The notes beneath the pieces were generated by a model. The model did not search any database and was not told where the DNA came from. It saw nothing but the letters and a program-made list of their open reading frames with translations. Both the position numbers and the translations under genes were made by a program. From contig CAXQZU010000022.1 in the NCBI GenBank assembly GCA_964228555.1, forward strand, positions 15,695 through 79,694: 64,000 nucleotides of DNA, given 5' to 3'. Positions 1 to 10,660 of the stretch are shown in pieces (positions within the stretch are counted from its first letter, which is position 1; each line of letters begins with the position of its first letter). This DNA is from Planctomycetota bacterium (lineage in GTDB: Bacteria > Planctomycetota > PLA2 > JAEUHO01).

Positions 1-41
1 TCTCGCGCAGCATCTCGAGGCGCTCGCCCATGGCTGCCGGC

Positions 42-1037
42 CTAGCGGCGCGCCGGCTTGCCCGGCTTGGCCTTGGAGGCCGGCTTGGCGGCCGCCTTCT
101 TCGTGGGCTTGCCGACAGGCTGCGCCGTGGCGGGGCGGCGCTTGGCGCCCTTGCGCTCCTTGGCCATGCGCACGGCCTTGGCCAGCGTGGTGCCCAGGTC
201 CGCGGGGCTGAGCGCCACGGCGATGCCCGCCGCGCGCATGGCCGCCTGCTTCTCGGCCGCCGTGCCCTTGCCGCCGGCGATGATCGCGCCGGCGTGGCCC
301 ATGCGCTTGCCGGGCGGCGCGGTGGCGCCGGCGATGAAGCCGGCCACGGGCTTGGTCACGTGCTGCTTGACGAACGCCGCAGCCTCCTCCTCGGCGCTGC
401 CGCCGATCTCGCCGATCATGAGGATGGCGTCGGTGCCGGGGTCTTCCTCGAACAGGCGCAGGGCGTCGGTGTGCGTCGTGCCGATGACGGGGTCGCCGCC
501 GATGCCCACGCAGGTGCTCTGCCCCAGGCCCAGCGCGCTCAGCTGCCACACGGCCTCGTAGGTCAGCGTGCCCGAGCGGCTCACCACGCCCACCTTGCCG
601 GCCGTGTGGATGTAGCCGGGCATGATGCCGATCTTGCACTTCTCGCCGGGACTGATGATCCCGGGGCAGTTGGGGCCGATGAGGTGGGCGCCCGCGGCCG
701 TGACCGCACGCTTCATGCGCGTCTCGTCCAGCGCGGGGATGCCCTCGGTGATGCAGACGATGAGCTGGATGCCGGCCTCGGCCGCCTCCTCGACGGCATC
801 GGCCGCGAAGGGGGCGGGCACGAAGATCATCGTGGCGTTGGCGCCCGTCTTGCGCACGGCGTCCGCGACGGTGTCGAAGACCGGGAAGCCCTCCACCTTC
901 GTGCCGCCGCGGCCGGGCGTGACGCCGCCCACCACCTGGGTGCCGTAGTCACGGCAGCCCTTGCTGTGGAACAGGCCGGCCGAGCCGGTGATGCCCTGCG
1001 TGATCAGGCGCGTGTGCTTGGTTGCGAGGATGCTCAC
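42..1037 (-). CDS. sucD: succinyl-CoA synthetase alpha subunit with a Lys/Ala/Pro-rich C-terminal tail
   Basis: Protein has the CoA-binding and ligase motifs (ITGSAG, GxGGxTxxEAxxAG, MGHAGAI). GTG start overlaps the sucC stop (GTGA). The last ~40 aa ([39 protein letters not shown]) are an unusual extension. Confidence 0.93.
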   Translation of the reverse strand: MSILATKHTRLITQGITGSAGLFHSKGCRDYGTQVVGGVTPGRGGTKVEGFPVFDTVADAVRKTGANATMIFVPAPFAADAVEEAAEAGIQLIVCITEGIPALDETRMKRAVTAAGAHLIGPNCPGIISPGEKCKIGIMPGYIHTAGKVGVVSRSGTLTYEAVWQLSALGLGQSTCVGIGGDPVIGTTHTDALRLFEEDPGTDAILMIGEIGGSAEEEAAAFVKQHVTKPVAGFIAGATAPPGKRMGHAGAIIAGGKGTAAEKQAAMRAAGIAVALSPADLGTTLAKAVRMAKERKGAKRRPATAQPVGKPTKKAAAKPASKAKPGKPARR

Positions 1038-2194
1038 CGGACGGCCTCCACGATCTTGCGGGCGGCGTCGGCCATGTCGCTGGCCGACGTGATCGCCAGT
1101 CCGCTCTCCTTGAGGATCTTGCGCCCCAGCTCCACGTTGGTGCCCTCGAGGCGCACCACGAGGGGATGCTTGAGGCCCACGGCGCGGGCGGCGTTGACGA
1201 CGCCCTGGGCGACCACGTCGCACTTCATGATGCCGCCGAAGATGTTCACGAGGATGCCCTTCACGGACGGGTCCTCGAGGATCAGGCGGAAGGCCGTGGT
1301 CACCTGCTGCTCGGTGGCACCGCCGCCCACGTCGAGGAAGTTGGCCGGCTCGCCGCCATGGAGCTTCACCACGTCCATGGTCGCCATGGCGAGGCCCGCG
1401 CCGTTGACGAGGCAGCCGATGTTGCCGTGCAGCTTCACGTACGAGAGGCCCGCCTCGCCCGCCTTGACCTCCGTGGGATCCTCCTCGGCCACGTCCCGCC
1501 ACGCGGCGAGGTCCTTGTGGCGGAACAGCGCGTTGTCGTCCAGCGTCACCTTGCCGTCCAGGCACACCACGCGGCCGTCGCCCGTGGTCACCAGCGGGTT
1601 GACCTCGACAAGGCTGGCGTCGCAATCCACGAACACCTTGGCCAGGCCGCGCAGCACCGTGGCCAGCGCCGGCACCAGCTCCTTCTCCACCCCCAGCGCG
1701 AAGGCCATGCGGCGCGCGCGGAAGGCCGACAGGCCCGTCACGGGATCCACCACCTCGCGCAGGATGGCCTTGGGCTTCTTGGCGGCCACCTCCTCGATGT
1801 CCATGCCGCCCTCGGCGCTGGCCATCAGGATGGGCGTCTCGCTGGCGCGATCCAGCAGCACCGCGGCGTAGAGCTGGCGCCTGAGGTCGAGCCCCTCCTC
1901 CACCAGCAGCCGGCGCACGGTGACGCCCTCGGGGCCGGTCTGCGGGGTCACCAGCGGGCGCGACAGGATCGCGGCGGCGGCGCTCTCCGCCTCCTGCGCG
2001 GAGCGCACCAGCTTGACGCCGCCGCCCTTGCCGCGACCGCCGGCGTGCACCTGCGCCTTGACCACCGCGAGGCGCCCGCCCAGGCGGGTGAAGCAGGCGG
2101 CCGCCTCCTTCGCGTGGGCGGCCAGCTCGCCGCGCGGCGTGCTCAGGCCGGCGCGCCGGAACAGTTCCTTGGCCTGGTGCTCGTGCAGCTTCAC
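1034..2194 (-). CDS. sucC: succinyl-CoA synthetase beta subunit (ATP-grasp)
   Basis: [12 protein letters not shown]...[18 protein letters not shown]...[11 protein letters not shown] are classic SucC motifs. GTG start with GGGAGG 7 nt upstream. Directly upstream of sucD and coupled to it. Confidence 0.95.
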   Translation of the reverse strand: MKLHEHQAKELFRRAGLSTPRGELAAHAKEAAACFTRLGGRLAVVKAQVHAGGRGKGGGVKLVRSAQEAESAAAAILSRPLVTPQTGPEGVTVRRLLVEEGLDLRRQLYAAVLLDRASETPILMASAEGGMDIEEVAAKKPKAILREVVDPVTGLSAFRARRMAFALGVEKELVPALATVLRGLAKVFVDCDASLVEVNPLVTTGDGRVVCLDGKVTLDDNALFRHKDLAAWRDVAEEDPTEVKAGEAGLSYVKLHGNIGCLVNGAGLAMATMDVVKLHGGEPANFLDVGGGATEQQVTTAFRLILEDPSVKGILVNIFGGIMKCDVVAQGVVNAARAVGLKHPLVVRLEGTNVELGRKILKESGLAITSASDMADAARKIVEAVR

Positions 2195-2317
2195 GGCGTG
2201 CCTCCCGGGGAGAGCGCGGATGGTACCCCTGCCCGGGACGGCCGCCCGTCGCCGCGCGCGCGCCCCCGACGCAGGCCCCCGCCCTCGACCTCGCGCGGGG
2301 AGCGGGCCCGCCTGCCG

Positions 2318-4165
2318 CTAGCGAGGCAGGCCCTCGAGCCGCGCGCGCACCAACCCGGGCCAGGGCTGGGCATAGGCCGGCAGGCGCCCGGACTCCTCCA
2401 GCGGGGCCAGCAGGCGCAGAGCGCGGCGCAGCGAGCGCGCGCCCTCCTCGCGCTCGGCCTCCTGCGCAGCCTGCGCCTCGCCCAGGTGCATCCAGATGCA
2501 GGCCAGGTCGGCCTGCCAGAACGCGTTCTCGGGCGTCTTCTTCGCCAGGGGCTCGATCACGGCGAGCGCCGCGCGCCACGCCTCCAGCGCCTCGGCCCGG
2601 CGGCCCAGCACGAGCAGCGTGGCGGCCACCCGGTCGTGGCAGGTGGCCAGGTCACTGCCCGTCACCATGCGCAGGCGCCGCCCGCCCTGCGCCGGCGCCT
2701 CGGCCTCCGGCTCCAGGCCCTGCACGCGCTCGCGCGCCTGCTGGTAGGAGGCCAGGGCGCCCTCCGCATCCCCCTGCCGCGCCTGCAGGTCGCCGAGGTC
2801 CAGCAAGGCGTGCAGCCACTCCTGCTGCGGCTGCTCACGCGACGGGTCCAGCTCGCTCACGCGCTGCCAGGCCAGCGCGGCCTCCAGCCGGCCGCGCAGG
2901 GCGTCCTCCGGATCGCCACCCGCCTCCAGCGCCTCGGCCAGCCGGGTGCACACGCGCGCCAGCCGCTCCTGGCCGGCGCGTGCGAGCGGCTCGCGCGCCA
3001 CCACGTCCACCGCTGCGTCCAGCGCCTGCCGCAACGCGGCCATCGCCGCGGGCGCACGGCCCGCCACGAGGTCGTGGTCTCCGCGCGCCAGCAGCAGGTC
3101 GGCGCGCTGCGACATCGACTCGGTGCTGGGCGGGGCGCCGCCCGCGCCGGGATCCAGCAGCGTCAGCGCCTCGTCCCACGCGGCGAGCGCCTCGCCCGCC
3201 GAGCCGGTGGCGGCCAGCGACGCGGCCTGCACGCCCAGCGCGCGGGCCAGCACCTGCTGCACGCGCGCCTCGCCCGGCTCGCGCGCACGCACCGCCCGGG
3301 CACCCGCCACGGCCGCACGGGCCATCTCCAGCGCCGGCTGGGCACGGCCCAGCGACCCCAGCGTGCGCGCGATGCGCGCCTGCGTGTCGGCGGCCTCGCC
3401 CTGCCAGAGCAGGTCCGCGGGCTGCGCCTCGGCCAGCACCCGCACGACGCGCAGGGCCTCCTCGCGCTCGCCCAGCGCGCCCGCGAGGTCGGCGCCCCGC
3501 TCGAGGGCATCGGCCAGGGTCTCGTGCGCGCGCGCCACCGCCAGCACCCGCGCCGGCTGGGGCCGCACCTGCTGGCGCTGGCGGGCCAGCAAGAGCGCCG
3601 CGCGCAGCGTGTCGGCCGCCTCGGCCAGGCGCCCCTGCTCGGCCTGCACGTCGCCCAGCAGCGCCGTCGCGGCCCACTTCACCTCCAGGCTGGCGGGCGT
3701 GAGGGCCTCCACCTCGCGGCCCTCGTAGGGCTCCAGCGCGACCCGGGCCGCGCGCTCGACGATCTCCAGCCGGCCCAGCGGCGCCAGGCCTTCGCGCGAC
3801 TCCATGAGCAGCAGGGTGCTGGCCAGCTCCACGCTCTCGCGCAGCCCCTCGGCCACCTTGACGCGGGCGTCGGCCGACTGCTCGGTCACCTGCACCAGCT
3901 GCTGGAGCTGGTCCACCAGCTGCGCCTGCTTGGCCGCCAGCTGCTCCGCGAGGTCGAGCTGGCGGCGCACGCCGGCCGACTCCCCCTCGACCTGCGCGCG
4001 CTCGCGCGCGGCGCCTTGCGTGCGCCCGGCCACGAAGGCCACCGCCCCGGCCGCGAGCGCCAGCAGCACGGCACGCAGCCAGCCACGCCCTCCCGTCGGG
4101 CCCGGCGCGGCGGGAGCCGGCGGTACCGTGGGCGCAGCGCTCGAGGGCACGACGGGATCGGTCAC
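2318..4165 (-). CDS. membrane-anchored coiled-coil/TPR-like hypothetical protein
   Basis: 615-aa ORF with an N-terminal TM helix ([18 protein letters not shown]) followed by a long Ala/Leu/Glu/Arg-rich helical repeat region. GTG start. Composition is protein-like, unlike the overlapping frames. Confidence 0.6.
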   Translation of the reverse strand: MTDPVVPSSAAPTVPPAPAAPGPTGGRGWLRAVLLALAAGAVAFVAGRTQGAARERAQVEGESAGVRRQLDLAEQLAAKQAQLVDQLQQLVQVTEQSADARVKVAEGLRESVELASTLLLMESREGLAPLGRLEIVERAARVALEPYEGREVEALTPASLEVKWAATALLGDVQAEQGRLAEAADTLRAALLLARQRQQVRPQPARVLAVARAHETLADALERGADLAGALGEREEALRVVRVLAEAQPADLLWQGEAADTQARIARTLGSLGRAQPALEMARAAVAGARAVRAREPGEARVQQVLARALGVQAASLAATGSAGEALAAWDEALTLLDPGAGGAPPSTESMSQRADLLLARGDHDLVAGRAPAAMAALRQALDAAVDVVAREPLARAGQERLARVCTRLAEALEAGGDPEDALRGRLEAALAWQRVSELDPSREQPQQEWLHALLDLGDLQARQGDAEGALASYQQARERVQGLEPEAEAPAQGGRRLRMVTGSDLATCHDRVAATLLVLGRRAEALEAWRAALAVIEPLAKKTPENAFWQADLACIWMHLGEAQAAQEAEREEGARSLRRALRLLAPLEESGRLPAYAQPWPGLVRARLEGLPR

Positions 4166-4232
4166 GCCGCGACCCTACCAAGGGCCACGGCGCGGGCGGC
4201 GCAGCAACTGCGGCCGCGCATGCGCTCGATGC

Positions 4233-4757
4233 CTACTTCGTGGCGGGCGCAGGCAGCTCGGCCTGGATGGCGGCCTCGAGCGTGGCCAGCGTGGGCGCCA
4301 GCTCGCTGGTGCCACCGACCTCGCGCAGGTGGCCGTCGGCGCCGATCAGCCGGATGCCGGGCATCTTGCCCAGGCCGAAGCGCTTCGTCGTGGTGCCGGT
4401 CCAGTCGAAGCCCACGGGGAAGTTGTAGCCCTTCTCCTTCATGAACTCGACGGTGTAGTCCTTCTTGCCCCAGGTCACGGTGACGACCTTGAGGCCCTTG
4501 GCAGCGTACTTGGCGTAGAGCGCCTGCAGGTCGGGCACGAACTTCTTGCAGTGCGGGCACACGGGGATCCACATCACCAGCAGCACGGGGCTGCCGAGGT
4601 GCTCGGCCACCGTGCTCTTGGCGGTCATGCCGTGGATGCCGTCGGTGATGGCGATCTCGGGGGCCTTGGGACCCCGCGCGTTGCTGGCCGAGGCCGTGGG
4701 CATGACCAGCGCGAGGCAGGCAAGGGCGACGAGGGCGAGGGGGGCGAGACGACGCAT
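4233..4757 (-). CDS. TlpA/ResA-like periplasmic thioredoxin (thiol:disulfide oxidoreductase)
   Basis: Signal peptide MRRLAPLALVALACLALV and CPHC active site inside a thioredoxin-fold sequence (WIPVCPHCKKFVPDL). The ATG was verified at 4757. The 721-aa ORF in the track is a read-through artefact. Confidence 0.85.
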   Translation of the reverse strand: MRRLAPLALVALACLALVMPTASASNARGPKAPEIAITDGIHGMTAKSTVAEHLGSPVLLVMWIPVCPHCKKFVPDLQALYAKYAAKGLKVVTVTWGKKDYTVEFMKEKGYNFPVGFDWTGTTTKRFGLGKMPGIRLIGADGHLREVGGTSELAPTLATLEAAIQAELPAPATK

Positions 4758-4894
4758 GCGGGACTCCAAGGGGGCCCCCACGCGGGGGCGAGCCCGCACT
4801 CTACCGCCAGCCAGCGACCGGGTGCCGCCGTAGCGCACCCCCGCCCCCGGCGCCAGCGAGGCGTCCGGCTGCCGCCCCGCCGCCCGGCCGCGGC

Positions 4895-6415
4895 TCAGCG
4901 GTTGTCGCGGGGGCCCTCGTCGCCGCCGGTGACGGCGCGCGGGATCAGGCCCTTCGTGGCGCGCTTGAGGAACAGCAGCGCGAAGCAGGTGTCGAGCACG
5001 TCCTTGGGCTCGTGCGTGCTGTTGGTCATCCAGTGCGTGCCGGGCACCTTGCGCGTGCCCTTCTTCTGCCGCTCGTCGACCTCGACGGGCTTGTCCTTGT
5101 CCAGCAGCTGGCGCGCGCCCAGCTGGTACCAGAGGTTCTTGCCGACGAGGTTCTTGCCGAGGATGTCCATGGCACGCTCGAGCGAGTACAGGTAGTAGAT
5201 CGGGTAGCCGTAGGTGCTGTACTTGTTCTCGAAGGCCGACCAGTTCTTGTCGAGCCACGCCAGCGCGTCCCAGGTGGCCTTGTCCACGACCGTGTCCATC
5301 TTCTTGTCGAGGAACCGCTTGCGTCCCTTGTCGGTCTCGCAGATCACCTCCTTGCAGATCAGGATGGTGCCCAGGCCGCACGCCGTCATCGAGCCGGTGG
5401 CCTTCCCCTCGCTGCCGTCGGCGCTGCCCTTCATGTAGCAGAAGCCGCGCGCCTTGTCCTTGGGCGGTGCGTACCCGCCCGCGACGTAGGCCGGGTCGTG
5501 GCGCGCGTGCTCGGGCCCGTCGTCCTCCTGCTGGGCCAGCGCGAACGCGAGGATGTCCCACCAGATCTCGGGCTCCACCTTCACGCCGAAGCGGTGCGCG
5601 TTGTACAGCGCCAGCGCCGCCAGCTGCGTGCTGGACATGTCCTGGTTCCCCAGGTGCCCGCGGCCCGAGTTGCGCGTCCAGTTGCTGTTGCCGCTGGAGA
5701 GCGTCAGGACCGGCACGTTGTAGCGCCAGCCCTTGTCGGGCTCGCTGCCCTCGCCCGCGGGCGTGCCGCGGCGCTCCACCAGGCCCTGCACCATGGCCTG
5801 CAGCCACTCGAGGTCGTCCTTGTTGGTGATCTTGAGCTTGCCGGCCTTGGCGGCATCGGCGCTGTTCTTGGTGCGCTTGTACGCGTCGTACTTGGCCGTG
5901 AGCGCCAGCACCATCACGCTCATCTCGTAGGCGCCGGCCGCCTGCGTGTGGTGCCACGAGAACTGCGGAGCCTCCTGCCCGTCGGTCTCCTCCGTGATGG
6001 GATGGACCACCTTGAGCCAGTGGAAGCCCTCGGTGATGACGGGGTCCTTGGGGTCCACGCCGCACTTGAGCAGCGTGTAGAGGGCCAGCGCCGTGGGACC
6101 TGCCGGGTGGCGGTACTGCGGCCCGTCGCCGCCGCCGTAGATGCGCTCGCCCTTGACCAGGCCCCAGTGCGCCGCCGGCTCGTCGCGGAAGGTGTAGATG
6201 CGCGGCTTGGCCTTGAGCCAGGCCACGCCCTCCTCGATGGCCTTGTTGACCTCCTCGCCGAAGGGCATGGGGCCGTCGGCCCCGTCGTCGGGCGGGGCGT
6301 CGGGGCCCGCAGGCTTGTTGCCCGGCGCGGCGGGCGGGTCCTCGGCCCGCAGCGGGGTCGCGGAGGGCAGCAGCACGAGGCCTAGGGCCAGCAGCCACGG
6401 GGCGAGGCGGGGCAT
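4895..6415 (-). CDS. secreted hypothetical protein with prenyltransferase/terpenoid-cyclase-like alpha-alpha toroid repeats
   Basis: Signal peptide MPRLAPWLLALGLVLLPSATPLRA. Repeated QxxxGxW/aromatic-rich helical-hairpin motifs (ALALYTLLKCG, LAALALYNAHRFG). ATG verified at 6415. Confidence 0.65.
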   Translation of the reverse strand: MPRLAPWLLALGLVLLPSATPLRAEDPPAAPGNKPAGPDAPPDDGADGPMPFGEEVNKAIEEGVAWLKAKPRIYTFRDEPAAHWGLVKGERIYGGGDGPQYRHPAGPTALALYTLLKCGVDPKDPVITEGFHWLKVVHPITEETDGQEAPQFSWHHTQAAGAYEMSVMVLALTAKYDAYKRTKNSADAAKAGKLKITNKDDLEWLQAMVQGLVERRGTPAGEGSEPDKGWRYNVPVLTLSSGNSNWTRNSGRGHLGNQDMSSTQLAALALYNAHRFGVKVEPEIWWDILAFALAQQEDDGPEHARHDPAYVAGGYAPPKDKARGFCYMKGSADGSEGKATGSMTACGLGTILICKEVICETDKGRKRFLDKKMDTVVDKATWDALAWLDKNWSAFENKYSTYGYPIYYLYSLERAMDILGKNLVGKNLWYQLGARQLLDKDKPVEVDERQKKGTRKVPGTHWMTNSTHEPKDVLDTCFALLFLKRATKGLIPRAVTGGDEGPRDNR

Positions 6416-6503
6416 GAGGGTCTCCTGGACGCCACCCCCAAGGATAGCCGAGACGCGCACGCCACGGCGCGCCCCCGGTGCGCCGCGCCCCGCGAGGCCC
6501 GGG

Positions 6504-7502
6504 CTAGGGCAGCAGGGCCCGGGCCAGCACGGGCAGGCTCGCCTCGTGGCGGTAGCCCACCTGCTTGTGGTCGTCGTCGAACTCCTCGTGCACGTGGGGC
6601 ACGCCCGCCGCCCGCAGGCGCCGGGCCAGCATGCGCGTGCCGTGGTGCAGGTGCCACTCGTCGCGCGTGCCGCAGTCGAACCACAGCAGGCGCAGCGAGC
6701 GCAGCGCCGCGGCGTGGCGCTCCACCAGCCAGACGGGGTCCCGCTCGCGCCAGCGGGCCACGACGTCCTCGCGCCGCTCGCCCGTCTCGAGGTCGAAGGG
6801 CAGGTCGAAGCCGTGGGGCGCCGCAGGGTTGGGCGAGAAGAACGCCGCCTGCGCCACGATGATGAGGGCGTCGCCCCATGCGCGCGGCAGCTTGGGGTGG
6901 CTGTGCAGGCGCTCGAGGTAGGGCGTGAGCCCCCCCACCGCGCGCAGCGTGTCCACCGTGGTCGGGAAGTGCACGCCGTAGCAGTACTCGAAGTAGGCGT
7001 CGCCCGAGTGGCTCACCACGCCGGCAAAGGTGTCCGCGTGCTCGAGGCCCATCATCAGCGCGCCGTAGCCGCCGGACGACTTGCCGAACACGCCGCGGTG
7101 CGCGCGCCCCGGCAGCACCGGGTAGGTGCGCTCCACCCACGGCACGAGTTCCTCGCAAACATGGCGTGCCCACGGGCCCACCGCGCTGCTGTCGATGTAC
7201 TGGTTGCCCCCCAGCCTCGTCATGCCGTCCACCATGACCACCACGGCCGGCGGCATGCGGCCCGACTCGATCATGCGGTCGAGGCGTTGCGGCAGGCTGG
7301 GCTGGTAGAAGTCGTAGTTGAGGTACGAGAGGCCGGAGCCGGTGAAGCCGGCCAGCGCGTAGAGCACCGGGACGCGCCCCGCGCCCGCCTTCTCCAGGCC
7401 GGCAGGCAGGTACACCGGCACCTGCCGTCGCGGGCTGTCGCCCAGCGGGTTGCCCTCCAGCAGGCGGCTCTCGAAGGTGACGACCTCGACGCGTCCGGGC
7501 AT
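6504..7502 (-). CDS. alpha/beta-hydrolase esterase (putative esterase / enterochelin-esterase-like family)
   Basis: GKSSGGYGA nucleophile-elbow motif (GxSxG). VPVLYALAGFTG and HSGDAYFEY blocks are typical of the esterase family. ATG verified at 7502. Confidence 0.8.
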   Translation of the reverse strand: MPGRVEVVTFESRLLEGNPLGDSPRRQVPVYLPAGLEKAGAGRVPVLYALAGFTGSGLSYLNYDFYQPSLPQRLDRMIESGRMPPAVVVMVDGMTRLGGNQYIDSSAVGPWARHVCEELVPWVERTYPVLPGRAHRGVFGKSSGGYGALMMGLEHADTFAGVVSHSGDAYFEYCYGVHFPTTVDTLRAVGGLTPYLERLHSHPKLPRAWGDALIIVAQAAFFSPNPAAPHGFDLPFDLETGERREDVVARWRERDPVWLVERHAAALRSLRLLWFDCGTRDEWHLHHGTRMLARRLRAAGVPHVHEEFDDDHKQVGYRHEASLPVLARALLP

Positions 7503-7584
7503 GGGCGGCTCCCGGGGCCCCGACGGCCCCACGGCATGGTGGACCGGCGCTCCGACGCCCGCCGTGCGCGCCCGGCGCGGCGGC

Positions 7585-8238
7585 TCAGCGCTGCTCCGAC
7601 CACGACCAGCCCGCCGCCGTGCGGCGCAACGCCCCGGCCAGCGACAGCGTGGCGCCCCGGCGCTCGACACGGTCGCGGCGGCCCTGGCTGGCATCGCCCT
7701 GCGCCACCACGCGCAGCCACACGGGCACGCGCAGGTCTTGGGCCTGCACGAGGCGCAGCCGCAGCACGCGCCGCGCCGACACGGTGAGCCCCGCGCCCAC
7801 CTGCACGCGCGGGTTGTTCTCCACCGCCAGCGACGAGCGGGACATCATGAAGCGCAGCGTCACCGTGGTCACCTCGGGCGTGACCTCGTCGGTGCGCTCG
7901 ACCGCCCCCACGCGCGAGGCGATGGCCAGGATGGGCGCGAAGTACTCGCGCGTGCCCTCGACCAGCACCTCGTCGCCCACGATCCACTGGGCGTTGCCCG
8001 CAGCGACCCATGCGTCCACGCCGGCGAGGTCCTGCGGCGACAGCTGCACGCGACCGGCGCGCGCCTCGCGCGCCGACACCGGGGCCAGCGGCGTGACGGG
8101 GCGCGGCAGCGCAGCCGCGGGCGGCGCGGCAAGGGGGCTCGCCTGCGCGGGACCCAGCACGCGGCCGCTGCGGCAGCCGGCGAGCAGCCATGCCAGCGCC
8201 AGGGCGGCCGCGGCGCGGGAGCAGGGCACGCGGCTCAT
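7585..8238 (-). CDS. lipoprotein, function unknown
   Basis: Signal peptide with lipobox (LALAWLLAGC). ATG at 8238 overlaps the ribE stop (ATGA). Confidence 0.6.
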   Translation of the reverse strand: MSRVPCSRAAAALALAWLLAGCRSGRVLGPAQASPLAAPPAAALPRPVTPLAPVSAREARAGRVQLSPQDLAGVDAWVAAGNAQWIVGDEVLVEGTREYFAPILAIASRVGAVERTDEVTPEVTTVTLRFMMSRSSLAVENNPRVQVGAGLTVSARRVLRLRLVQAQDLRVPVWLRVVAQGDASQGRRDRVERRGATLSLAGALRRTAAGWSWSEQR

Positions 8239-8876
8239 GGCCGCCCCACGGCCCCGCCCGGCGGCAGGCCGGCGGCGCGCGCGTGCAGCGCCGTGAGCCA
8301 GCGTCCCAGCACGTCGGCCTCCACGTTGAGCAGGTCGCCGGGCCGGCGCTCGCCCAGCACCGTCACGGCCAGCGTGTGCGGGATCAGGTAGACGCTGAAG
8401 CACTCCGAGGCCCCCTCGCGCCACACCTCGCCCACCGTGAGGCTGACGCCGGCCAGCGTCACCGAGCCCTTGGGCAGCACGCTGCCCTCGAGGCCCGCCG
8501 GCAGCTGCATCACCCAGCGCACCTCGGCCCCGCGCACCTCGACGGCCGCCAGCCGCGCCATGCCGTCCACGTGGCCCTGCACCCAGTGGCCGCCCAGCTC
8601 GTCGCCCACGCGCAGCGCCCGCTCGAGGTGCACGCGCGAGCCGCGGGCCAGCGTGCCCAGCGTGGTCTTGCGCAGGGTCTCGGGCACCGCCTCGAAGGCC
8701 AGCGACCCGCCCGCAGCGTCCACCACGGTGAGGCAGGCGCCATCCACGGCCACGCTTGCGCCCAGCGCCACCGGCGGCATGGGCGACTCGGGACGCACCA
8801 CGAGGCGCAAGGCACCGTCCGCCCGGCGCTCGGCCTGCTCCACGCGCCCGCAGTGCGTGACGATGCCGGTGAACAT
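8235..8876 (-). CDS. ribE: riboflavin synthase alpha subunit
   Basis: MFTGIV(T)HCG N-terminus and the duplicated lumazine-binding repeat (GxSVAVDGACLTV ... GSVTLAGVSLTV). ATG verified at 8876. Confidence 0.85.
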   Translation of the reverse strand: MFTGIVTHCGRVEQAERRADGALRLVVRPESPMPPVALGASVAVDGACLTVVDAAGGSLAFEAVPETLRKTTLGTLARGSRVHLERALRVGDELGGHWVQGHVDGMARLAAVEVRGAEVRWVMQLPAGLEGSVLPKGSVTLAGVSLTVGEVWREGASECFSVYLIPHTLAVTVLGERRPGDLLNVEADVLGRWLTALHARAAGLPPGGAVGRP

Positions 8877-8878
8877 GC

Positions 8879-9583
8879 CTAGGCTCCCGCGCCGCGGCCG
8901 CCCAGCAGGTCCGGCCGCCGCTGGGCCGTGCGCTCCCGCGCCTGCTGCTCGCGCCACAGCTGGATGGCGGCGTGGTTGCCGCCACGCAGCACCTCGGGCA
9001 CCGGGCGACCGCGCCACACGGCCGGGCGCGTGTAGTGCGCGTGGTCGAGCCATCCGCGGCCCTCGCCGAAGGAGTCGGCCAGCGGGCTCTGCTCGTCCCC
9101 CAGCACGCCCGGCACGAGGCGCCCCACGGCGTCGAGGATGGCCAGCGCCGCGGGCTCGCCGCCGGAGAGCACGAAGTCGCCCAGCGACACCTCCTCGGGC
9201 GCGAGGTGCTCCACGGCCCGCTCGTCCACCCCCTCGTAGCGCGCGCACAGCAGCACGAAGCCGGGGGCGTGCGTGGCCAGCTCGCGGGCGAAGGCCTGGT
9301 CGAAACGCCTGCCCTGGGGCGTGAGCAGCAAGGTGCGTGCCCCGGGGGGGTGGCCGGCCCGGGCCTTCTCGGCGGCCTGCACGAAGGGCTCCGCCAGCAG
9401 GACCATCCCCGGGCCGCCCCCGAAGGGCCGGTCGTCCACCACCCGGTGGGGCCCCTCGCCCAGCTCGCGCAGGTCCACGAGGTCCACCCGCAGCAGGCCT
9501 CGCTCCACCCCCCGCCCGATGACGCCCGTCTCCAGCAGGGGCCGGAACATCTCGGGCAGCAGGGTGACCACGGTGGCGCGCAC
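8879..9583 (-). CDS. trmD: tRNA (guanine37-N1)-methyltransferase
   Basis: TrmD trefoil-knot motifs (VLLCARYEGVDERA, LSGGEPAALAILDAV, RPFGGGPGMV). GTG start chosen at 9583; a longer upstream in-frame extension cannot be excluded. Confidence 0.82.
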   Translation of the reverse strand: MRATVVTLLPEMFRPLLETGVIGRGVERGLLRVDLVDLRELGEGPHRVVDDRPFGGGPGMVLLAEPFVQAAEKARAGHPPGARTLLLTPQGRRFDQAFARELATHAPGFVLLCARYEGVDERAVEHLAPEEVSLGDFVLSGGEPAALAILDAVGRLVPGVLGDEQSPLADSFGEGRGWLDHAHYTRPAVWRGRPVPEVLRGGNHAAIQLWREQQARERTAQRRPDLLGGRGAGA

Positions 9584-9692
9584 CCCCGGAGGATACGCCG
9601 CCGGCCTCGGTCCTTCGTAGGCAGGTCCGGGGCCCGAGGCTACCTTCCCCGGTTCCCCCGTCGCCGGCTCCCCGGCGGCCTGGAGCCCTGCG

Positions 9693-10076
9693 ATGGACCG
9701 CGTCCGCCTGCTCGAGAAGCCCCTGCTGCGCACCGACATCACCAAGCCCTCGGTGGGCGACACGGTGGCCGTCTCCCTCAAGATCAAGGAGGGCGACAAG
9801 GAGCGCACCCAGGTGTTCTCCGGCGTCGTGATCGGGATCCGTGGCGGCGGGCTGGGCGAGACCTTCACCGTGCGTCGCATCGTGGCCGGCGAGGGCGTGG
9901 AGCGCATCCTGCCCCTGCACAGCCCCCTGATCGAGAAGATCGAGGTGGTGAGCAGCGGCAAGGTGCGCCGTGCCAAGCTGCGCTACATGCGCGCCCGCAC
10001 GGGCAAGGCCACGCGCCTGGAGGCGCTGGTGGGCGAGGACGAGGCCGCCGAGCCGGCCGCTCCCGCCAAGGCCTAG
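9693..10076 (+). CDS. rplS: 50S ribosomal protein L19
   Basis: 127 aa with the typical L19 sequence ([22 protein letters not shown]...[19 protein letters not shown]). Normally linked to trmD. Confidence 0.93.
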   Translation: MDRVRLLEKPLLRTDITKPSVGDTVAVSLKIKEGDKERTQVFSGVVIGIRGGGLGETFTVRRIVAGEGVERILPLHSPLIEKIEVVSSGKVRRAKLRYMRARTGKATRLEALVGEDEAAEPAAPAKA

Positions 10077-10251
10077 CGCGGCGCGCCCGCCCGGGCGCCG
10101 CTCGCTGCCTGCCCCGCTGCGCCGCGCGCCCCCCGCGCAACCGCCTGCCCCCGGCACGCGGTGCCCTGGCGTGAGCCGCTCCCGAGCCCCTGCCGCCCCG
10201 CGCGGCCCAGCGCGCCGTGGCCGCGCCTGGCATGGCCGTGCATGGCCCTGC

Positions 10252-10623
10252 GTGGCGCGGGCGGCACGCCATGGCAGGGAGCGGCTGCTGGGCTGGCGCG
10301 GCGAGCGCGCGGCCTGCCGGGTGCTGCGGGCGCGCGGCTACCGCCTGCTGGGGCGCAACGTGCGCACGCCCTGCGGGGAGGTGGACCTGCTGGCCGAGCA
10401 CGCGGGCCTGCTGGTGCTGGTCGAGGTGAAGGCCACGGCCCGCGCGGGCGCCGCCCCGCCCCTGCACGCCCTGCGCGACCGGCAGCGCCGCCGGCTGGAG
10501 GCGGCCGGGCGCTGGCTCTGTGCGCAGCCTGCCCTGCGGCGCCGTGGCTTCCGGCTGGACCTGGTGGCCGTGGCCTTCGGGAAGGGAGCCCCCGTGGTTA
10601 GCATCCGCCCCGACGCGCTCTAG
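10252..10623 (+). CDS. yraN: YraN-family (UPF0102) endonuclease
   Basis: GExAACRVLRARGYRLLGRNVRTPCGEVDLLAE...VLVEVKAT matches the YraN signature. GTG start inferred. Overlaps a meaningless alternate-frame ORF. Confidence 0.75.
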   Translation: MARAARHGRERLLGWRGERAACRVLRARGYRLLGRNVRTPCGEVDLLAEHAGLLVLVEVKATARAGAAPPLHALRDRQRRRLEAAGRWLCAQPALRRRGFRLDLVAVAFGKGAPVVSIRPDAL

Positions 10624-10660
10624 GAGCGGCTGTGGCCGTCATGCGAGCGTGGGAGACGGC

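Noticed and set aside
42-2579. 845-aa minus-strand ORF as a single gene
   Set aside because: Only its last 331 codons are sucD, with GTG at 1037 coupled to the sucC stop. The upstream part reads through the sucC region in the wrong frame. sucC is the separate 386-aa ORF.
1022-4444. 1140-aa + strand ORF (and similar giant ORFs at 11625-13331, 13472-15901, 16182-18326, 38247-41204, 43061-46156, 46195-50418 on +, and 2835-4181, 53345-54622, 45302-47647 on -)
   Set aside because: They lie antisense or out of frame to genes with clear family motifs. Their translations are Arg/Ala/Gly/Pro/His/Gln-rich low-complexity strings with no recognisable domains. Stop-codon scarcity in very GC-rich DNA produces such frames routinely.
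4233-6398. 721-aa minus-strand ORF
   Set aside because: Only the last 174 codons (signal peptide + CPHC thioredoxin) are genuine. The rest overlaps the real 4895-6415 gene in another frame.
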